The translations under genes were made by a program, and so were the position numbers. From Verrucomicrobiota bacterium (GTDB lineage Bacteria > Verrucomicrobiota > Verrucomicrobiia > Verrucomicrobiales > DEV007), in the NCBI GenBank assembly GCA_045046875.1, contig JASFYY010000149.1:1-64000 (forward strand): a DNA stretch of 64,000 bases, in the 5' to 3' direction. Every line of letters starts with the position of its first letter. Position 1 is the stretch's first letter. Below the pieces are notes generated by a model that saw nothing but the letters and a program-made list of their open reading frames with translations, had not been told where the DNA came from and did not search any database. Shown one piece after another: positions 47,559-57,220 of the stretch.

Positions 47559-49148
47559 ATGAAACCTCACCCCTCACACACTCCCCGAGCCCTTGTTTCC
47601 TTAGGTTTACAGCTCATTCCCCTTATAATTTCCATGCTCTGCCTAGGGCCCTCATCTGGCTTCAGTCAATCCCACAGCCTGTCAGCCGGCGCCCACTCCA
47701 TCGACATCAGCCCCCGTCAACTGCCCGCTATCCGCAACGGTGGTTTTACCCAACGAACTTATGACAAGGTTCTCGACAAATTACACTCACGTAACTTCGT
47801 TCTAAAATCCGGAGATACCACTATAGCCATCGCCGTGGTCGATTCCTGCATGATCCCTCGAGACATATGCAATCTAGCTAAAGAGCTAGCCAACAAAAAA
47901 ACCGGCATCCCCCTTAATCGTATTCTCATTGCCTCCACTCACACCCACAGCGCACCCAGCGTAATGAACCTCTGCCTCGGTACTAGCAGTGATCCTAATT
48001 ATGAAAAATTCCTGCCCGGAAAGATAGCCGAAGGAATCGCTCTCGCCCATGCCAAGCTCGAACCCGCCCGCGTCGGGGTAACCGTAGTTGACGCGCCGGA
48101 TCACACTCACTGCCGTCGCTGGTTGAAACATCCGGATAAATATGCCAACGATCCATTTGGCGAAAAAACCGTGCGCGCCATGATGCATCCCGGCTATCAG
48201 AATCCAGACTACATCGGCGAAGCTGGCCCCGTCGACAGCGGACTGTCACTTCTCAGCATCCAATCCGCAGACGGCAAACGTCAAATTGCTCTTCTGGCAA
48301 ACTACTCCATGCACTACTTCGGTGTTGGCGGAGGTTTTTCCGCCGACTACTACGGCCGTTTCTGTGACCTGATGGAGGGAAAAATCGCCTCAGCCAGTTC
48401 CCGCTCCAGCTCTGACTCCGACCAAGCACCCTTTGTCACCGCGATGTCACAGGGCACTTCCGGCGACCTGCATTGGATGGATTATTCCCAGCCGAAAAAA
48501 GAAAACTATGGCATCGATAAATACACCACTGAACTTGCGACCATCGCTTTTGATGCTTTCCAAAAAATCGACTACCCGACCAACGATCCAAAACTGGACA
48601 TGGCGCAAAGCACCCTCACTCTCGGTCGCCGACTGCCCAGCAAAAAACGCACCGCCTGGGCCAGGCAAGTCAATGCCAAGCGCGGCGACCGCCGCCCCAA
48701 GGATCGCCCTGAAGTTTACGCCGAACAAGCGGCCTGGTTTGTTAAAAACCCCAAAGAAGAGCTCATCCTGCAGACCATCCGCATTGGTGACCTGGCCATC
48801 ACCACCCTGCCACACGAAGTCTATGGCATCACCGGCCTGAAACTCAAAGCGCAAAGCCCCTTCAAGACCACCTTCAACATGGAGCTCGCTAACGGAGCCG
48901 CTGGATACATCCCTCCACCGGGACAACACTACCTCGGAGGTTACACCACCTGGCCCTCCCGCACTGCCGGCATGGTGCCCGAAGCCGAACCACAAATCGT
49001 CGACACCCTACTCGGCATGCTGGAGAAATTATCCGGCAAAAAACGCAAAACCCTCAGCACCGATTTCTACAACGAGCAACAGCGCGAAGCGATCAAAAAA
49101 GCCAAGGCCGACGACAACAACCGAGCCAATCGTGGATTAGAACCCTGA
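47559..49148 (+). CDS. Neutral/alkaline ceramidase-like secreted hydrolase
   Basis: Signal peptide; ASTHTHSAP, NYSMHY, SADYYG, QGTSGD, ELANGAAGYIP. Confidence 0.75.
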   Translation: MKPHPSHTPRALVSLGLQLIPLIISMLCLGPSSGFSQSHSLSAGAHSIDISPRQLPAIRNGGFTQRTYDKVLDKLHSRNFVLKSGDTTIAIAVVDSCMIPRDICNLAKELANKKTGIPLNRILIASTHTHSAPSVMNLCLGTSSDPNYEKFLPGKIAEGIALAHAKLEPARVGVTVVDAPDHTHCRRWLKHPDKYANDPFGEKTVRAMMHPGYQNPDYIGEAGPVDSGLSLLSIQSADGKRQIALLANYSMHYFGVGGGFSADYYGRFCDLMEGKIASASSRSSSDSDQAPFVTAMSQGTSGDLHWMDYSQPKKENYGIDKYTTELATIAFDAFQKIDYPTNDPKLDMAQSTLTLGRRLPSKKRTAWARQVNAKRGDRRPKDRPEVYAEQAAWFVKNPKEELILQTIRIGDLAITTLPHEVYGITGLKLKAQSPFKTTFNMELANGAAGYIPPPGQHYLGGYTTWPSRTAGMVPEAEPQIVDTLLGMLEKLSGKKRKTLSTDFYNEQQREAIKKAKADDNNRANRGLEP

Positions 49149-49530
49149 GCCAAGCCCCTCCCCACAACGAGAAAATACAATTCACCAATGATCATTCCAT
49201 GTGGAATGGATTGGCAATCCGTTTTCTCCCGCCTTCGCGTTTATCAACGTTTCACCTCAAGCGCCGAAACCCGAACGAAGGCCTGACTTCTACGAACCCA
49301 CGCCCCCTCTTTCGCCTTACCTTATCCGTATTCACCCGTGTGGCCTGGGATCAATACGATTCAGTGATTATCTACGATGGCTATATTAGTAGAATTTGAT
49401 GAAGAGAGCCTTCCAAAACCATCATGAATGTAGCAAATGCTCCAATGGCCCTTTCGGCAAACAAGATATTTCCCAACGGTTTGCCAATTTGCAGCGGCTT
49501 CAACAAGGACAACATTATCAGAAATGGATT

Positions 49531-49902
49531 TTAATCTTTTGATTTTTTTATTTCAGTTCTCTCAAAACCGTAACCAATGTCATTCGTTTCATCTATTCCT
49601 GAATCAAGCAAACACTCGTAAAACCATTCTTGCTGGCTTTTAGATAATTTTAAATCCCCCCCTAGAACACTTTCCACGAAATCCAGTGACACTTCTGAAA
49701 TCTCATCATTCTCCAACCCCATTTCCACAGAGACATACAGCTTTATGTCTCGATGCGAAAACCTGAGCTTTGCATTATTGTAATACCAATCATTACTGTC
49801 AGATGAATGAAAACAACCGCAATCGTGCAGCCTCTTATCAGCTTCATTATTCGAGTCATAATATGACTGGAGTAAATCCAAGGCTTCCTTAGGCGTTATC
49901 AC
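49531..49902 (-). CDS. Hypothetical acidic protein (accessory array)
   Basis: 123-aa ORF; 4-bp overlap with the upstream ORF. Confidence 0.6.
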   Translation of the reverse strand: MITPKEALDLLQSYYDSNNEADKRLHDCGCFHSSDSNDWYYNNAKLRFSHRDIKLYVSVEMGLENDEISEVSLDFVESVLGGDLKLSKSQQEWFYECLLDSGIDETNDIGYGFERTEIKKSKD

Positions 49903-50483
49903 TTTGGTTTACCCTCCCCAGTCGCCCGCCGATCGCATTCAACATGCCGCACGATGTACTGAATCAAATCATCGATGACAAACATCTCTTCAGCTTCCTC
50001 TGATTTTATCGGCTCTAGTCCAAACTCTTCCTCAACCGCCATAACAACTTCTACAGGCTCAAGATCTGTCATATCCAAATCCTCCATGAATCTAGTCCGA
50101 GGCTCACACACCGCCACAGAAGCTCCAACCTGTTCGCTTAGTATTTCAATAAATTTAGCGGCTACCCCCTTCTCTCTGTCCACTTTCTCGCCATAATACT
50201 TTTCAGCCCATTCCAAAGCTTCTTGTATTTTTTTATTTGAGTTTTGCTCAAGCCGCCACGGAATATAAATACTCAATCCCGCAAAAATAAAAGCTGCCGC
50301 CACCTGAACGAACACAACTTCTCCCCCCGTCAGCCTAACCCCGGAAATGCTTCCAAACAATGAAGAGCCCTCGCTAACTTCAGACATTATGTATTCATGC
50401 CCTGCGTCCATAAATAGATAAAGTGATGCGAGCAATCCCATCACACTGGCTAATTTATACTTTGTAAGAAAAGCTATTTTCAT
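49899..50483 (-). CDS. Membrane protein with a C-terminal acyl-carrier-protein-like domain lacking the Ppant Ser
   Basis: Two hydrophobic segments, then FMEDLDMTDLEPVEVVMAVEEEFG...IDDLIQYI. Confidence 0.65.
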   Translation of the reverse strand: MKIAFLTKYKLASVMGLLASLYLFMDAGHEYIMSEVSEGSSLFGSISGVRLTGGEVVFVQVAAAFIFAGLSIYIPWRLEQNSNKKIQEALEWAEKYYGEKVDREKGVAAKFIEILSEQVGASVAVCEPRTRFMEDLDMTDLEPVEVVMAVEEEFGLEPIKSEEAEEMFVIDDLIQYIVRHVECDRRATGEGKPK

Positions 50484-50505
50484 TAAACGTTTATAGCTAT
50501 CACTC

Positions 50506-51255
50506 TTAGCTAGAACCCTTCTTCGGAGTCAATCCTGACAATATAGATTCACCATGCATCAGGAAATAATTAACTGTTCGCCAGACCCCTTCACCTAGTT
50601 CTTCAGTTGAAATACCATCCTTACACCAAAAAGCTTGCCCATTATGCAAGCCCAGCCAATTCTGCATAGAAAAGTCGTTATCGAACAAAGTCTCATCATC
50701 TTTCCAATAAATTGAATGCTCATACTCGCAATTATAGTAACGCTGGTCCGTAGTAATGGAAGTGACAACCTCCCATCCTCTGAAGTCCTGAGTAATCATC
50801 AACCAGCTCCGTTCTCGATGTCTTACATGAAGCCCGGATTCCTTTGATTTGGTTTCAATATAATCTAGCAACCCCTGCCTATCTGTCCGAATCGTTGTGT
50901 AAGGAGGCGAAGGCAAAGCTTTGAACAACAAACCATTAATTCCCTTCAACATCTGCCTTTCTTCGTCTGTAATACCTATTTTTTTTCGCCCATTCCACCC
51001 TTACTGGATTTTTTTGCCCCACTGGCACACGCGGAAACAGATCAATGATGGGCACTATATAATTTTTGCGATTATCTCTGCTAATTACCGTTGCTCATCT
51101 TTGCTGTGATTTTGAAAGTATGAAATAACAGTCTCAGTAAAACTGCTTTGACAATGCTTCAAATCTTCAAAATCAGATTCGATCAATTCGCTAAAATGCT
51201 CCTTACCAAAGACAAAAAGCCTCTCTTCAAATTTTGCTATTGCAACGTGATCCAT
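50506..51255 (-). pseudogene. Interrupted hypothetical gene
   Basis: ATG at 51255 (MDHVAIAKFEERLF...) is in frame with ORF 50506-50952, but three stops (TAA, TAG, TAA) lie between them. Confidence 0.5.
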
Positions 51256-51360
51256 ACCCACCGCTTATTTTAGTCCAATCACCCAGCGAGATGCAACGAA
51301 TTTTTTCCTCATAAAAGTGCCCTTCATAAAAATGAAACTCGGGCTTTATAATTGCAGATA

Positions 51361-51780
51361 TCAATTTTGGGCTTTTTCCCAAGGTTGATCAATCATTTTA
51401 ATCACACCACCGCATTCATATTTTGGCATCTCTGAAAACACTCTCAAAGCACCCTCAGCCCCTTCGGTTTCTTTCCCATAAAAAAATAACACGGCTCCAT
51501 TGAAGCCCAATTGTTTTTGACCTTCATCGTTCAACTCGAGCAAAACCTCTGACTCTTTAATTTCGATTTTATCAGCACCTCGGTACCCACCCAGGGATTG
51601 ATCAGATCGTTCCAGATAAATCCCTTCCATACCATAGCTCCGGTCTTGATCATCCGTTTTTTTATCGCAGACAATATGCAACACATCGCAAGACTCCAAT
51701 TCCGAGGCGAAGCCAAGAGTCACCCAAAGGCAGTCCTCATCACTACCTGACATCAATTCCTTGAGTTCGCGAACTTCCAT
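51361..51780 (-). CDS. Imm10-like putative polymorphic-toxin immunity protein
   Basis: TLGFA...DDQDRSYGMEGIYLERSDQSLGGYRG..KIEI resembles the Imm10 pattern as recalled; not searched. Confidence 0.5.
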   Translation of the reverse strand: MEVRELKELMSGSDEDCLWVTLGFASELESCDVLHIVCDKKTDDQDRSYGMEGIYLERSDQSLGGYRGADKIEIKESEVLLELNDEGQKQLGFNGAVLFFYGKETEGAEGALRVFSEMPKYECGGVIKMIDQPWEKAQN

Positions 51781-51782
51781 TT

Positions 51783-52610
51783 TTATCTGCCGGTTTTTCC
51801 GAGTAAACCCTTGCCAAATCTTTCCCCTACCCAATTAGGCAAGTCCTCCGTGACATATGGATCCCCTAAAAGCCAATGCAAATACGCATCACAATCCAGA
51901 GCAAGCCCGTCTGTATTCCTAAGGATCAGCTCACGATTGTTTTTAAAAAACTCATCCAAATCATCAATAATAGATTTTAACGTTTCTTCATCCCCCCCCA
52001 GATCTTCATCATGATAACTCATGACTCGTAGCGTCAATGCAGATATGATTTCCCGTCGTTTACTGGACAAAATATCATCTCGCAGCACAAATTCCTTCAA
52101 CACGGGGATGCTGGCCTCCTCAGCAAGCCAAGCGTCATCGTCCTGGCCGATGAACGATACTTTCTCATCGTATCCCCACAACTCCATTAATTCCAGAGTT
52201 GGGATAGAACCGAGCAACTTTACATTCATCATTCTAGGTATGACATACTGAAGGAGAATGAATGGAATAGCAAAGGCCGCGATTGGAATGATCGCAGGGA
52301 GAATCGAATCTATCCTTCTAGCTACGATAAAGAAAGCCATCACCCCAATGAGTCCTGCCACGGCTCCAGTGAAAATCAAATACCACTCCCATTGAGGAGA
52401 TCTTTTCAGTAGCTTGTCAATTCCTCCGGTTTCTTCTTTTGTCGGCAACAAGGCGTGGAGAAACACTTCATTTCCCAATAGGAAAATTGCCACAATACCA
52501 AAACCCATCATGGCAAGGTCTTCGATAAATCCTACTTTTGGAACTAATACCACCAACAATGCTGATGACAAAAGCGCCACTGCCACATAACTGATAATAT
52601 AACGCCACAT
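51783..52610 (-). CDS. Hypothetical protein, 4 TM plus acidic helical C-terminal domain
   Basis: Hydrophobic first half, acidic second half; ends 2 bp before the next ORF. Confidence 0.65.
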   Translation of the reverse strand: MWRYIISYVAVALLSSALLVVLVPKVGFIEDLAMMGFGIVAIFLLGNEVFLHALLPTKEETGGIDKLLKRSPQWEWYLIFTGAVAGLIGVMAFFIVARRIDSILPAIIPIAAFAIPFILLQYVIPRMMNVKLLGSIPTLELMELWGYDEKVSFIGQDDDAWLAEEASIPVLKEFVLRDDILSSKRREIISALTLRVMSYHDEDLGGDEETLKSIIDDLDEFFKNNRELILRNTDGLALDCDAYLHWLLGDPYVTEDLPNWVGERFGKGLLGKTGR

Positions 52611-53067
52611 CGATCAAAAATTGGATCCGAATAAATCTATAATCACAGTGACAGGAGATCAATAAAATCTCGCTCAATCCCAGTTATTAAAAATGATGTC
52701 TCCTACCGTTTTTGGCTGTCAGTATTCCAACTCACCCTTCTCCGACTCTTCAAGCTCCTCTAATAATTCATCTGTGCCTTTCTATAATCCAACCAAAGCA
52801 GTTCACAATTCATCGTGTGTATCACAAATTTTCGTATCTTCCCCGTCTGCCCCCCTGATTTGAGAAAGCTTTCATACGCTTCTTCCAATCGCCGGAGCCT
52901 ACCCGAATCAACGCCTAATCCCACTTCTTACTGACCTCCTGTAGCTGAAAATACAACCCACCTGTCAGCCTTGGGGGAAGTTCTGCAAAGCTCGTCAATT
53001 ATGCCATTTACAAGCAAATCACATGCGTCGAGTGCTTTGCTGATAGATTTCTGGTGGCGCTTGCTAG

Positions 53068-53487
53068 TCATCCTGATGATTCAATCCTTACAGTTCCGCC
53101 GTCGGGTGTCGTAAATGTGTAATAGCGACCGTATAAACCATCCTCCGCCTTATACTGCCCGATTTTCTCTGCAATGCCCCTCAGTTTTTTCTCCGGGTAA
53201 CCTCCCGCTATCAAGAGAGATAAATAGGGAGCGGACTCCAACTCCGTATTCTCCTCTAGATTAACAATCAACTCGGGAAATCTTAAGGTGGCGCCACGCT
53301 GATTGCTAAATAACGGGCAAAATTGATCATGTTTTGAATCTTTCACCTCAACAGCAATTTGCTCAAAAAACTCCACCATCGCATCGAATTTTGGTGTGGC
53401 GATGGCTATGCAAACAGAAGTCCCGGTAAGGTCATCCAAATTAACATATTTTAACTTTTTTCTAAACGGCCGCATTGCAAATTTCAT
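53068..53487 (-). CDS. VOC/glyoxalase-fold-like protein
   Basis: IAIATPKFDAMVEFF...YGRYYTFTTPDGGTVRIE pattern. Confidence 0.55.
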   Translation of the reverse strand: MKFAMRPFRKKLKYVNLDDLTGTSVCIAIATPKFDAMVEFFEQIAVEVKDSKHDQFCPLFSNQRGATLRFPELIVNLEENTELESAPYLSLLIAGGYPEKKLRGIAEKIGQYKAEDGLYGRYYTFTTPDGGTVRIESSG

Positions 53488-53655
53488 TATGTCTGATCGT
53501 CACCGCAGGTGTTAAGATCGTTATTCCCCCTAATAGTAAGCGACTATTCTTGTAAACGGCTGATAAAAACCGTTCTCCGGAAGTTCGATACCAATTCCAT
53601 CCGTGATTTTCTGAAATCAGGATGCTTATCGAATCTGTTTTGAGTGAATTCCATT

Positions 53656-54069
53656 TCAGCTTCTTTTTTCTCCGAATTCATAATCAGCCCAATACCTCTC
53701 ATCATCAGGTGGAATGGAGATTTGCTCTTCTCCAGTGTATTCACGAAACTGCCATTGGCATTGATCACATTTTGACAACATGAAGAAAAAATCACCATCA
53801 ATAGAATCACAACACGCCTGTTCTGCCCGCAAATTTTTCGTCCCGCAATGGGGACAAAGACCTCGACAAAAAAATGTCGCATAGCTCGCCATAAGACCGA
53901 GGAAAGTCATTACAAGGATAATCTGCCCGAAATATGAAACCACTAATCCAAGAATAAGCACAGTGCCCCAGTCTAATTCGGTGGAAGTTTTCAATGAATA
54001 AATGACAAGCCAAAAGATCCCAATAGACGGACCCAGTATTATGATAAGCGATTTTGCTGCTGGTTTCAT
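53656..54069 (-). CDS. Hypothetical 2-TM protein with a C-terminal zinc ribbon
   Basis: Two hydrophobic helices, then CPHC...CDQC. Confidence 0.6.
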   Translation of the reverse strand: MKPAAKSLIIILGPSIGIFWLVIYSLKTSTELDWGTVLILGLVVSYFGQIILVMTFLGLMASYATFFCRGLCPHCGTKNLRAEQACCDSIDGDFFFMLSKCDQCQWQFREYTGEEQISIPPDDERYWADYEFGEKRS

Positions 54070-54079
54070 AGCACAATTT

Positions 54080-54979
54080 TCAATTCCCGGATACATTATC
54101 CTCATTGTATTCTTCTACCCATTTATGCCCACAAAAACGGCAGATTTTATAGTCCTCAACAGCTCTAGAATATTCGTCCTTGAACCATCCTTTAGTCTTA
54201 AAAAAATACTTTTGGATTTCTACTCGCGATTTTTTTGAAGAAAAATACTTTTTGCAATTTGGGCAGCGGGTTTGATCGAGTATCCCCCAAATCACCACCA
54301 TCAAAAAAATAGAAAATAATCCGAACCCCCAAAATTCTTCACTAAACGTTTCCACCAGAAAACTTTTGTAAATAAAAAAAAGCAATAAGATGAAACAGCT
54401 GAGCAGAAAGAGTTTGTCACGCGCGATTTTATAATAAGCAGGTTTTACCCTCGGCACAAAATCTTCTCCATACTCTTTTTTTGTGTCGTCACCCTTCTCT
54501 CCACCATTCAGAACATCATATTCTGATTGACGAGCGCGCTTCACCCAAAAACCAAAATAAAAAGCGGGGATCTCCTCATCAATCTCTGCCCAGGGTTTTT
54601 CAGAGTCAAATCTAACAGATAAAATGATCTGCTTATCACGATATTGATATAAGCCCATTTCAGTGATGGGAATCTTACAACTCTCTTCCAGCATCGAGCG
54701 AAATTGCTCAAATATAGGCACTGCCATTTCATACCTTTCGTGCGATTGACTGGGATGCGTCCCTCTCTCCAATTCAGCACTGATATCTGGTGGAAGGCTT
54801 GCAAAATGCTGCTTACTAAAATAAACTTTGGCTTTTCTCAAAACATCAAAAGCATGATTCCGTTCATCAACAGTGGCTTTTGCGTCAAATCTTAATGGCA
54901 TTGATAATGATTCCTGATAAGCCTGCCAGGATTTGTGATCACCAAAATTCATACCGATGCCAAACTCTGTCAGATTCAC
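54080..54979 (-). CDS. Hypothetical protein: soluble domain, 2 TM and zinc ribbon
   Basis: CPNC...CRFC after two TM helices; may be a fusion of two short genes. Confidence 0.6.
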   Translation of the reverse strand: MNLTEFGIGMNFGDHKSWQAYQESLSMPLRFDAKATVDERNHAFDVLRKAKVYFSKQHFASLPPDISAELERGTHPSQSHERYEMAVPIFEQFRSMLEESCKIPITEMGLYQYRDKQIILSVRFDSEKPWAEIDEEIPAFYFGFWVKRARQSEYDVLNGGEKGDDTKKEYGEDFVPRVKPAYYKIARDKLFLLSCFILLLFFIYKSFLVETFSEEFWGFGLFSIFLMVVIWGILDQTRCPNCKKYFSSKKSRVEIQKYFFKTKGWFKDEYSRAVEDYKICRFCGHKWVEEYNEDNVSGN

Positions 54980-55016
54980 AGGCCAGAGTCAACATCAGAG
55001 AAAAAAACGCCATACC

Positions 55017-55577
55017 CTACTCGCTCCTCACCTCTCCCTCTGCTTCAGGCTTGCTAAGACGATCAAGCACTCTGCTCATAGATGCGACTCCTTCGAAGAT
55101 AGAACCTTCGTCATCTTTCCGTAAATGTCGGATAATTTTGATCAGAGGCTTCAATTCTGACAATCCGCTACCGGCTGAAAGAGCATGAAGCATAAAAAGT
55201 TGCGTGACGATTTCAATCGACTGGAATTGAATATATTCATTGCTGAGCACTAAGCGAAACAATGGTTGCGGATAAAAAATCCAGCGTGACCATGATTCAT
55301 CACAATCAGGTGCTAACAAAACAACCTCATCTTCTACGGTTCTGCCCCAATGAGCACACCCTGCAATAACCATAACATTCGCCCACACCAAAGATGCTTT
55401 TGAATAATCAGAATCTGGAAATCCGGTCTCGTATTCACAATACCCCAGATTATCGAGATCATCCGCGCACCCGCTGAAAGAGCGATTCGCAAAAGGGAAA
55501 AACTTGCAATGCTCACGATAAACAGACAAAGCCTCAGCAATCTCTCTAGGTGGATCTATCCGATATTTCGGCTTCAT
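55017..55577 (-). CDS. Hypothetical protein (accessory array)
   Basis: 186-aa ORF, co-oriented with its neighbours; no recognised motif. Confidence 0.6.
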   Translation of the reverse strand: MKPKYRIDPPREIAEALSVYREHCKFFPFANRSFSGCADDLDNLGYCEYETGFPDSDYSKASLVWANVMVIAGCAHWGRTVEDEVVLLAPDCDESWSRWIFYPQPLFRLVLSNEYIQFQSIEIVTQLFMLHALSAGSGLSELKPLIKIIRHLRKDDEGSIFEGVASMSRVLDRLSKPEAEGEVRSE

Positions 55578-55631
55578 AATTCCGTGTCAGTTTGATCGAT
55601 CATCACAGCCGCTGTCCAAATGCTTGTTTTG

Positions 55632-56201
55632 CTATTTTTTTGCAGCCTTGAGCAACTTATCAGCAAGAGAATCCAATCCCGCTCCCAATATCGTTCTACC
55701 AACAACTAGCTCTGATTCAATTTCAGATTTTTTCCATGTTCGCACTGCATAACGAGGGTCTTTCACCGTAATGGCTGAAGTCCCAAAACGAGAGACCTCA
55801 ATGTTTCCAGCATTGTCGGTTCTTTCATGCCGATCACCATCCTTCGTATGGATAATCAATGCGGCAAAAGGCAGACCATGCCCATCCTCCGCGAGCAGGG
55901 TGATATTTTGATTCAGAACCTTCGGCGCATAAAGAACCCACGCAAGCATGCCCACAATAAGAAGTAACGCAACAAAGCCGCCGACAGCAAAAGCCGGCGA
56001 TTTAGGTTTACGCTGCTTCTTTTCGATTCGCCCCATGCTAAAACCTTCGATGAATAAACCCAAAACCAATTCAACACCACCGAAAACCAAATTGAGCAAC
56101 ACAATGAACAAATTTGCAACAGGCACAACAACCAACGGCACCCCCTCAGTGAGAACACTGAAAAGCGACATAAACAAACCGATAATAACGTCTAAAATCA
56201 T
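55632..56201 (-). CDS. Hypothetical membrane protein
   Basis: Three hydrophobic segments, then a beta-rich domain (TDNAGNI). Confidence 0.65.
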   Translation of the reverse strand: MILDVIIGLFMSLFSVLTEGVPLVVVPVANLFIVLLNLVFGGVELVLGLFIEGFSMGRIEKKQRKPKSPAFAVGGFVALLLIVGMLAWVLYAPKVLNQNITLLAEDGHGLPFAALIIHTKDGDRHERTDNAGNIEVSRFGTSAITVKDPRYAVRTWKKSEIESELVVGRTILGAGLDSLADKLLKAAKK

Positions 56202-56375
56202 TTAACAACCAAACTATCATGCCCAGCTACAAGGGTCAATTTTGCTATAAGCAGAAATTATTCATTATTATAGGAATCCCCCTAGCTTAATTAAAATGCA
56301 ATCCCTTTTCTGTTTAGCGCCGTGCGATATTTAATATTACTATATGTTCTTGAAAAATCCATCCTCTCGCTTCTG

Positions 56376-56915
56376 CTAATCCGAATGATGAGCGCCTATA
56401 ACCTGGGTTTTAATAATTTGATTAAGCAAGGTTCTAAAAGTGTCACTGTCTCCCCTGCCAGTCTCTCTTCCAACCCATTTCCCATCTACAGAAGAAATCC
56501 AACCCCACGCCACCCAACCCTCCTCCCAGGATCCAGGCTGCTCATACACAATCCACATCCCTCCCTGACACTCCGCTAAGCAATAGATCGACTCCGCATC
56601 GACCGTTCCAGGAGAAGCCGACTTTAGCTCAGGCTTCCGATTTATTTCTTTCAAAAAAAGCTGGCCTTCATCCTTGTGAATATAATTTGGCATCAGCTGA
56701 GACCATTTCTCAGGAAATTTTGAGCCCTTATCATTGGCATAAGCCTCAACCGCCAGTGCTATTTGCCTCACATCATTCACTCTTCTGGTTAAACGTGCGC
56801 TTTGCAATGAACATGGCTCATAAGTAAAATAAGCCAAAGCCGTAACAATGACCATGACGACCAAAAACTCAGTGAACGTAAATCCTTTAAACAATTGATT
56901 ACTTCTTTGCCACAT
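56376..56915 (-). CDS. Prepilin-type N-terminal cleavage/methylation domain protein
   Basis: KGFTFTEFLVVMVIV class III signal; QIALAVEAYAND. Confidence 0.75.
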   Translation of the reverse strand: MWQRSNQLFKGFTFTEFLVVMVIVTALAYFTYEPCSLQSARLTRRVNDVRQIALAVEAYANDKGSKFPEKWSQLMPNYIHKDEGQLFLKEINRKPELKSASPGTVDAESIYCLAECQGGMWIVYEQPGSWEEGWVAWGWISSVDGKWVGRETGRGDSDTFRTLLNQIIKTQVIGAHHSD

Positions 56916-57180
56916 TATTCGACCACCATCCTACCAAACTCCACGACATTTGGTCAATGGCAGAGAAACTCATTAACTATTTCCTTCGATCCCAGCCCCT
57001 ATAACCATCAACCTGCTCAACCCTCACTGCTGCCGTGCTCCATTGAAGACGTATTACGATATATTTCCATTATCTCATCAAAAAAACGATGGTCTTAGCT
57101 CAGGATTTTTCACCCTTCGAACAACCTCATCTGTTCCCCAACAATATTTACTGCTCCACCCCTGTTACTCCCCTTCCTCA

Positions 57181-57212
57181 CTTTCGTGTTTTTCGTATCT
57201 TTCGTGGTTCAA
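57181..57212. repeat. 9-bp periodic TTTCGTG-type extragenic repeat
   Basis: CTTTCGTGT TTTTCGTAT CTTTCGTGG TTC just beyond the helicase stop. Confidence 0.6.
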
Positions 57213-57220
57213 ATCCCCCC

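Noticed and set aside
52611..53067. Intact gene in the gap within the accessory array
   Set aside because: Only short coding-like fragments (e.g. DELLEELEESEKGELEY*) broken by stops; too decayed to delimit.
49149..57220. Integron cassette array
   Set aside because: No intI, several gaps are too short (overlaps to about 40 bp) to hold attC sites, and no repeated RYYYAAC...GTTRRRY hairpins were seen.
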